DNA of 64,000 nt from Acidobacteriota bacterium (lineage in GTDB: Bacteria; Acidobacteriota; UBA6911; RPQK01; JAJDTT01). Where the stretch lies: contig CBDCJH010000002.1 in the NCBI GenBank assembly GCA_965217775.1, positions 5,216,001 to 5,280,000 of the forward strand. The letters run 5' to 3'. A model generated the notes under the pieces. It saw only the letters and a program-made list of their open reading frames with translations, did no database searches and was not told the origin of the DNA. This document shows, one piece after another, positions 58,445 through 64,000 of the stretch; positions within the stretch are counted from its first letter, which is position 1; the number at the start of each line of letters is the position of its first letter. Position numbers and translations under genes: made by a program.

Positions 58445-60883
58445 TCAAGGTCCAGAGTCAGACCAGGCCGAAGGCCTTCTCCATCGAATGACGTCCGCGA
58501 AGGCCTCATCGCTCCACTGCACGTTGTTGCCTTTTTCTAGGATCCCGATGGCGACCGTGGAGAGTTGGAAGTCGCTGTCCGTCCCCGGGACATCCAGGCA
58601 CATCTCGACGATGGTGGGCTCCTGGAGATCCCACGGAAACATGGCGCTCTGCTCCCCGGTGACCTCCAGACTGGGAAGATCGCCGGTGAGGTTCCCGTCC
58701 AGATCGAAGGCTCGGAAATGGAGCTGAGTACCGGACGGTGCGCTGAGACCAGGGTCGGTGGTCACGGAGGCGAAGCCGAGATCGCGTCCGGCTCCGAAGA
58801 TACCGGTCAAGACTTGACAATCCCCATCGCCCAGCCATTCTCGTGAGGATTGCCCAGCGACGGAAAAGACCTCATCGATCTCTCGATTCATTCGGTCTTC
58901 CACCAGATAGCGCGCCTGAACCTGAAGCGAATTGGCGGAACAGGGCGCTTGGGCAAATATTGAAACGGCCCCCACCACCAGTTCCGCCGCGTCTGCCGTC
59001 AAGGTCAGGATTTGGGCGCCTCCCCTGGGGATGGTCGTGTGCAGTAGGTTCCCTTCAACCACCTGACCATCGAACATGATCTCCGGACCTTCAGAGACGC
59101 CTCGATGAAAGAGCACCGCCACGTCGCAGGCCTCAGGCTTCGGATCCCGATTGGTGATCAGAATTTCGGCCTGGGCGTCGTTTTCGCCAAGAGGACCCAT
59201 GAAGACGTGAGGTAGAACCGCCGCGGTCGTGCAAGGCTCCCCCTCCCAAAGAGAAAGGCAGAAGGGCAGATCCATGGTTTCGGAGGCCTCCAGGGCTCTT
59301 ATTACAGCGAGAGCTCCCGGATCGGCCCCGCTCCGGTTCCACACCCGGAGTGCGATTGTCGTGTAGGTGACATCGGGGGACAGACCTCCCAATATCCACT
59401 CGATCGTGGCTCCGCCCCGCAACCTCAGTACGGCTTCCGGATCTTCGATCGGGGTTACCTGGGTCCAGATTCTGTCGTCAATTTCAAGCTGGTATTCGTA
59501 ACCGGCCGCCGGGTCCCCCGGATCGTCCCAAGTCACTCTGATCTGACCCGTGCTCAAGCGGACCGCGGCCAAGTTCCTCACGTATACATCGGGTAAATCG
59601 AGCAACTGATATGGGACTGGTCCCGTCAACTGGTTGCCCCGGTAACTGAACTCGGTCAAGCTGGACAGTTGGCCTAAATTGCCTGGGATCTGTCCCGTTA
59701 GTTGGTTGTTCTGGAGATGCAGCTGCTGCAGACGAGCAATGTTGCCCAATTCTCTTGGGATCATCCCGCTCAGCTGGTTGTGGTCGAGCCACAACCAGCG
59801 CAGTTGGAACAATTGGGCCAACTGGAACGGGATCGGTCCCGTCAATCGGTTATGGCTCAACAACAAAAACCGCAGTTCGGACAGTTGGCCGAGTTCGACC
59901 GGAATCGGTCCCGTCAACTGGTTGTTGTGAAGAAGCAGTCGCTGCAGGTGGAACAGCTGGGCCAACTCGACCGGAATCGGTCCCGTCAATTGATTGCCGT
60001 TCAAAAGCAACCGCTGCAGTTGGGAGAGTTGGCCGAGTTCGACCGGAATCGGACCGGTCAATTGATTGTTGTTGAGGGCCAGCGTCCTCAACGCGGGCAG
60101 CTGGGCTAGTTCCACCGGGATTGTCCCCGTCAGGTGATTGTTACTGAGGTAAAGAAGTTCCAACTGTGACAGTTGACTCAACTCGACCGGAATCGATCCC
60201 GTCAGCCCATTGAAGGCAAGATACAAAATCCGCAACTTGGACAGTTGGGCCAACTCGACCGGAATCGGTCCCGTCAATGGGTTGTGGCTGAAGGCCAACA
60301 CCTGCAACTCGGACAGTTGGCCGAGTTCCACCGGGATTGTCCCCGTCAGTCCGTTCAACTGGAGGATCAGTTCTCGTAGTTCGGACAGTTGACCCAACTC
60401 GGCCGGGATGGGCCCGGTCAACTGGTTCCGGCCGAGGCCCAACTCTCTCAATTGGGATAGTTGCGAAAGTTCCGCCGGGATGGACCCGGCCAACTGGTTG
60501 CTGGTGAGGAACAAATACTGCAAGCGGGACAGCTGACCCAACTCCGGGGGCAGCACTCCTGTTAAATCACTGTGGCCGAGGTTCAACCCCGTGACCCGCC
60601 GCGGCGATTCTGAAATCGTGAGGCCCCTCCAACTGCTCATGGCCAACCCGGCATCCCAATTCAGGGAGGCGGTCCCGGCCAACTTGCCACGCAGCTGCAA
60701 CAGGACCTTGCAGTCGGAAACCAGACCCGTGTTGTTCTCCGGGTCCGGGACCGCCGTGCCGCTATCGCACGCGTGCAGAGACCGGCTTCCCGTCGCTACA
60801 AGAAGAGCAACCACCAGGATCCAGACCGCCGTGGATCCCGTGGAAGGACGGATACCCACACGAGAAGAATCTATTTCACACAT
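58445..60883 (-). CDS. secreted leucine-rich repeat protein (plant receptor-like 24-aa LRRs)
   Basis: LRRNT-like cap (DCKVLL...LNW...WRG), about 13 NQLTGPIPVELGQLSQL repeats, C-terminal beta domains. Confidence 0.92.
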   Translation of the reverse strand: MCEIDSSRVGIRPSTGSTAVWILVVALLVATGSRSLHACDSGTAVPDPENNTGLVSDCKVLLQLRGKLAGTASLNWDAGLAMSSWRGLTISESPRRVTGLNLGHSDLTGVLPPELGQLSRLQYLFLTSNQLAGSIPAELSQLSQLRELGLGRNQLTGPIPAELGQLSELRELILQLNGLTGTIPVELGQLSELQVLAFSHNPLTGPIPVELAQLSKLRILYLAFNGLTGSIPVELSQLSQLELLYLSNNHLTGTIPVELAQLPALRTLALNNNQLTGPIPVELGQLSQLQRLLLNGNQLTGPIPVELAQLFHLQRLLLHNNQLTGPIPVELGQLSELRFLLLSHNRLTGPIPFQLAQLFQLRWLWLDHNQLSGMIPRELGNIARLQQLHLQNNQLTGQIPGNLGQLSSLTEFSYRGNQLTGPVPYQLLDLPDVYVRNLAAVRLSTGQIRVTWDDPGDPAAGYEYQLEIDDRIWTQVTPIEDPEAVLRLRGGATIEWILGGLSPDVTYTTIALRVWNRSGADPGALAVIRALEASETMDLPFCLSLWEGEPCTTAAVLPHVFMGPLGENDAQAEILITNRDPKPEACDVAVLFHRGVSEGPEIMFDGQVVEGNLLHTTIPRGGAQILTLTADAAELVVGAVSIFAQAPCSANSLQVQARYLVEDRMNREIDEVFSVAGQSSREWLGDGDCQVLTGIFGAGRDLGFASVTTDPGLSAPSGTQLHFRAFDLDGNLTGDLPSLEVTGEQSAMFPWDLQEPTIVEMCLDVPGTDSDFQLSTVAIGILEKGNNVQWSDEAFADVIRWRRPSAWSDSGP

Positions 60884-60925
60884 TGGTGTACTCCTGGCCT
60901 GAGAGTAATTCTCAGCATCGTCAAA

Positions 60926-60952
60926 TGTGATTGGTTCGCCCCAATGAGCTCA
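60926..60952 (-). promoter_or_regulatory. repeated promoter-like element, copy 2 (TGAGCT-N16-TCACA)
   Basis: 42 bp upstream of the LRR gene ATG. Confidence 0.6.
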
Positions 60953-61436
60953 TCGGATTGGACAAGCAAGGAGACGACTGGATCGGTAACGGGCCCGGAA
61001 ATGTTTCAACGCCGATGTCAGGATTGAACGGAGACGGGCGATCTGCGGCTGACGCATGAGGCAGCGCCGAGGCGGGTTGGAGAACTTCCTTCTCCACAGT
61101 CGGAAGATCCTGACTCCGATGAGGGGACCTATGCCGGAATGAAACCAGGGATGGTAGTGGAATAGAATATCTACCAGGCTGGCTCTTCCTCCGGTATAGG
61201 TCGAGTTGGCTTAGAGCCTGCCGGGTGCTGCTACACTTGGCGGGCTCGCCTTCGGAAAACAAGGATACCGCAGAAGAAAATTCAGGACAAGAAACGACTT
61301 TATTGATTTGGCGGCCTAAACAACTTTCACCGCCGGCCGGCCCGCGACCAGTTGTCACTCGGGTTCCCCTCTGAACTGTTCTCGACAGGTCATCGCTGTG
61401 GTTTCCGTGCTCTTCCTCCGGAACGACACCAATAGA

Positions 61437-61463
61437 TGTGATTTTTCCAGGAGAATGGGCTCA
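61437..61463 (-). promoter_or_regulatory. repeated promoter-like element, copy 3
   Basis: TGAGCC-N16-TCACA; the downstream gene appears decayed. Confidence 0.6.
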
Positions 61464-61646
61464 CCGGCGCGGAGAGTAGCCATGGCGTCAGCAGTTCCGT
61501 ATTACGTGTGGCAGAGGGGCGAGGTCCGTTAATTTGGGTTAATGGATGTAGGCCAGAAGGACCCTGCCGGTACGGGGGAAACATGCGCCTCAGGGGGGGT
61601 GTTTGCTGGGATTCGTATTGGATTCCCTATGGAGAAATTCTGCAAA

Positions 61647-62226
61647 TCAATCGACGATCGTGATGATGGTGGTCTCGCGATCCGATCATTGGCCCAGCCA
61701 GTGACCAACCACAGCACCGCCCAAAGGCGCACCAACTGCAGTGGCTAGAAGTAGATTGCCGTGGCGTCCATCAATATCCTAATTGGTGCTGTTGATAACG
61801 AGAGAGGTCAGATCTAAGGTGCCAGCTACGCGCAGAACAGCCCCCCACTCGAGAACGACCCCGCGTATTCTCCAGATGGATTTCTCGGAGTGAGTCTCTG
61901 GGGATAGAGGTTTCGGAGCCCCAAGGGTATCGCTTCCAGTTCGTGGCCTTTGTGACGCGACCCAGATGAATGCTGTCAGATAAAACCGTCACCCGATCGC
62001 TCCGGACGGCCCCCCCTCCAGACAGGATGACGGTGATCTTCTTCTCTCCCTCGAGGAAGGCGGGGAGTTGCTCCCAGGTCATCTCGCGGCGAATCTCAGT
62101 GCCGGCATTCAGCGTCTCGGGAATACAGGCTAGACCGATCGAAACTTGCGCCAGCAGTAACGGGATCATCCCCGCAGTTGTGGTTTTCCTCAGCCATCCT
62201 CCATTCGTGATCGTCAGACGTCTCAT
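61647..62226 (-). pseudogene. pseudogene of a small secreted Gly-zipper protein
   Basis: MRRLTITNGG...; frameshift near 61850, then WGAVL...TN*...GGAVVGHWLGQ*SDRETTIITIVD* with two internal stops. Confidence 0.65.
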
Positions 62227-62305
62227 GGCGTGTGCCTCCTTCTGCCTCGCTCTCCTGCCTCCCGTGGGACATCCCCACAAAGGGCAGGAGGTACGCATCA
62301 GGAAA

Positions 62306-62332
62306 TGTGAGTTTTTCGTTGGAAGGGGCTCA
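62306..62332 (-). promoter_or_regulatory. repeated promoter-like element, copy 4
   Basis: TGAGCC-N16-TCACA upstream of 62226. Confidence 0.62.
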
Positions 62333-62369
62333 CCGGGTTGGGAGTGGTCCCGGCGGCTAGAGTTCCGAA

Positions 62370-62969
62370 TCACTCGGAATCGTTCGGTTCGTTGGTCTTG
62401 ATGGCTGCTGGACCTGGCGGCCGGTGCGAGCCTCTGTGCTTGGGTGGCACTTCGTAGACCCCTTCCATGCGTGAGCCATAGAAGACAGTGGCCGTAATAG
62501 GGAGCGTTACGGTCAAGAGTCCCCCGTATTTTTCCATGCGCGTTGGAGCCTCGTCGTAATTGGTAAGCATTTCGATCACCGTGTGCGCCGTCAGCAAGGC
62601 AAGCAAGGTCGCCCAAGCTGGTTTTCTTTTCCAAAACGGGCGGTGCCTCAACACCTTACGTACATCCGACTTTTGAAACGTGCGGATTCGCAAATCCGTG
62701 TGGATGCGCTCGCTGAGTTCCAAGGTGACAGAGTCGTCCGTAGCCGATAGGAACCGACCCTTGATCTTCTCGCCATGTCCCAGCAAGGCTTCGTCTTCGT
62801 AGAGTTGTACCCCCGTCTTGGTGCCCGGCTTCACAGCCAGTACCGTGGACCATTCCGGCAGGTGCCTCGCGGTGCAGCCAGACAAGATGGTCAGAAACAG
62901 CAAGGGTGCGAGTCCAGTGGCCATGGTGTTCCTGAGTCCTTCTCCACTCCTGTTCGTCCGTCGTCTCAT
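62370..62969 (-). CDS. small putative lipoprotein, paralog-like to its neighbours
   Basis: GGAGG RBS, LSGC lipobox, W..V.A...G motif, two C-terminal hydrophobic segments. Confidence 0.75.
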   Translation of the reverse strand: MRRRTNRSGEGLRNTMATGLAPLLFLTILSGCTARHLPEWSTVLAVKPGTKTGVQLYEDEALLGHGEKIKGRFLSATDDSVTLELSERIHTDLRIRTFQKSDVRKVLRHRPFWKRKPAWATLLALLTAHTVIEMLTNYDEAPTRMEKYGGLLTVTLPITATVFYGSRMEGVYEVPPKHRGSHRPPGPAAIKTNEPNDSE

Positions 62970-63013
62970 GGCATCGACCTCCTCCGGGTGGGGATGAACC
63001 CGTCAGGGATCAA

Positions 63014-63040
63014 TGTGATTTTCTCGCCCGGATGGGATCA
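63014..63040 (-). promoter_or_regulatory. repeated promoter-like element, copy 5 (TGATCC-N16-TCACA)
   Basis: 44 bp upstream of ATG 62969. Confidence 0.62.
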
Positions 63041-63083
63041 CCAGGTTGGGGAAAAAGAGGAGCTCGAGCGCCTCATAAAGAGC

Positions 63084-63108
63084 GAGAAGGGGACAGTCAC
63101 CTTCTCTC
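63084..63108 (-). repeat. GACTGTCCC-core hairpin motif
   Basis: Identical to 57551-57575. Confidence 0.8.
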
Positions 63109-63306
63109 TGTGTGGATCCGGCTCTTGGGGGAAAACCATCGCTCACGAGTGCCCGTGGAAGGTCAAATGCCGCTGGACATCGCCGGATTTCGGCTTTTGT
63201 CACCGCATTCGAGTAGGCAGGACGGCTCTCGAATTCATATGGCTGAGAAGACCACTGAAATGCTGTTTAACAAACCGATTATCGGGTCGGTGATGAGAAT
63301 TCGGGC

Positions 63307-63470
63307 TAGCAGTCCGTGGTGAAAGTCCCGCGAGCACCGAGACCGTTCCTGCGCCCGCCGGACAAGGCGCGATTCGGGTGCATACCGGGAGTATGTGCCC
63401 GAATCGCAACGCCGTCCGCCGGGATGCAGGGACGGTCGAATGCCGTGATGACTTTTGCCACGGGCTGCTA
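63307..63470 (+). mobile_element. 164-bp MITE-like repeat, copy 4
   Basis: CTAG at both ends; same TIRs as the other copies. Confidence 0.87.
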
Positions 63471-63491
63471 GGGCTGGCGCAGGCTGGAATC

Positions 63492-64000
63492 TTAGGGCCT
63501 GTTGGGCTTCATTTCGATGTACGTCGATGGATCGGTGGAGTAGCTGATGGGCTTCGGGTCGAGTAGCTCGACCAACTTGTCCTTGATGGCAAAGGCCTGA
63601 AAAAAGTTGCCCCGGGGATTGTAGTGGCCGATCCAATAACGCCTGATGTACTCGTCCACAGTCAGGTTGAACTGGGCAAAATCCCTCCTGTGCGCTTCCA
63701 TCAGATCTACATAAGGCAGCCTCTTCTCTTCTAGAAAATCAAGAAGGCTCTGGTCGAAACGTTCCCCTGTTTTCAGCACCTGCGCTGCGTTCCGTTGCCC
63801 ATAGGAGAGCACGAAGAGGACTTGTTTTCCCTGAGCCGATGCAAAGTGCTCGATCTTCTCGACGATCCTCATGGTGGCGAACAGCGCGGCTCTGGTGTAA
63901 AGCTTTTCTGAGGTTCGCTTCAGCTCTTCCGGAGTCCCGATGCTGATCCGGAGGCCGTGTTCCCGAGCCAGCTCCTCAATCACGTCGTAGCTCGGCTGGG
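63492..64000 (-). CDS. SGNH-hydrolase-like protein, C-terminal part (5'-truncated by window edge)
   Basis: YVDLM...GHYNPRGN.F.A, resembling SGNH block V. Confidence 0.6.
   Translation of the reverse strand, partial: QPSYDVIEELAREHGLRISIGTPEELKRTSEKLYTRAALFATMRIVEKIEHFASAQGKQVLFVLSYGQRNAAQVLKTGERFDQSLLDFLEEKRLPYVDLMEAHRRDFAQFNLTVDEYIRRYWIGHYNPRGNFFQAFAIKDKLVELLDPKPISYSTDPSTYIEMKPNRP

Overview
High-GC bacterial chromosomal window, probably Acidobacteria (acidobacterial-type VWA protein). It is rich in eukaryote-like repeat proteins (ankyrin, NHL, LRR, MORN-like, FG-GAP), a profile typical of marine sponge symbionts (inference). The backbone carries an M28 peptidase, tRNA-Asp, an MFS transporter, a MoxR-DUF58-BatABCDE operon, a sulfatase, a VapBC pair, tRNA-Cys, bioF-bioD-bioA and infA. 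Four accessory layers stand out. (1) A complete diversity-generating retroelement (DGR): secreted FGE/CLec target gene (VR 16938-17055), avd, RT, and a TR (18603-18720) embedded in the RT 3' end; all 12 VR/TR mismatches fall on TR adenines. (2) A hairpin-like motif with core GACTGTCCC flanks a RAYT-type HUH transposase (34580-35515). The same motif punctuates a 2.5-kb array (9078-11592) of captured, variable-length fragments, including a diverged RT/TR piece, diverged copies of neighbouring gene ends and truncated foreign genes. At both loci the insert is bracketed by diverged duplicates of the 3' ends of the two convergent flanking genes, suggesting a possibly undescribed RAYT-linked capture/integration system. 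(3) Four copies of a 164-bp MITE. (4) A 5.5-kb block bounded by the same motif, in which a TGAGCC-N16-TCACA promoter-like element occurs five times. All calls come from reading the sequence and ORF track; no database searches were run.
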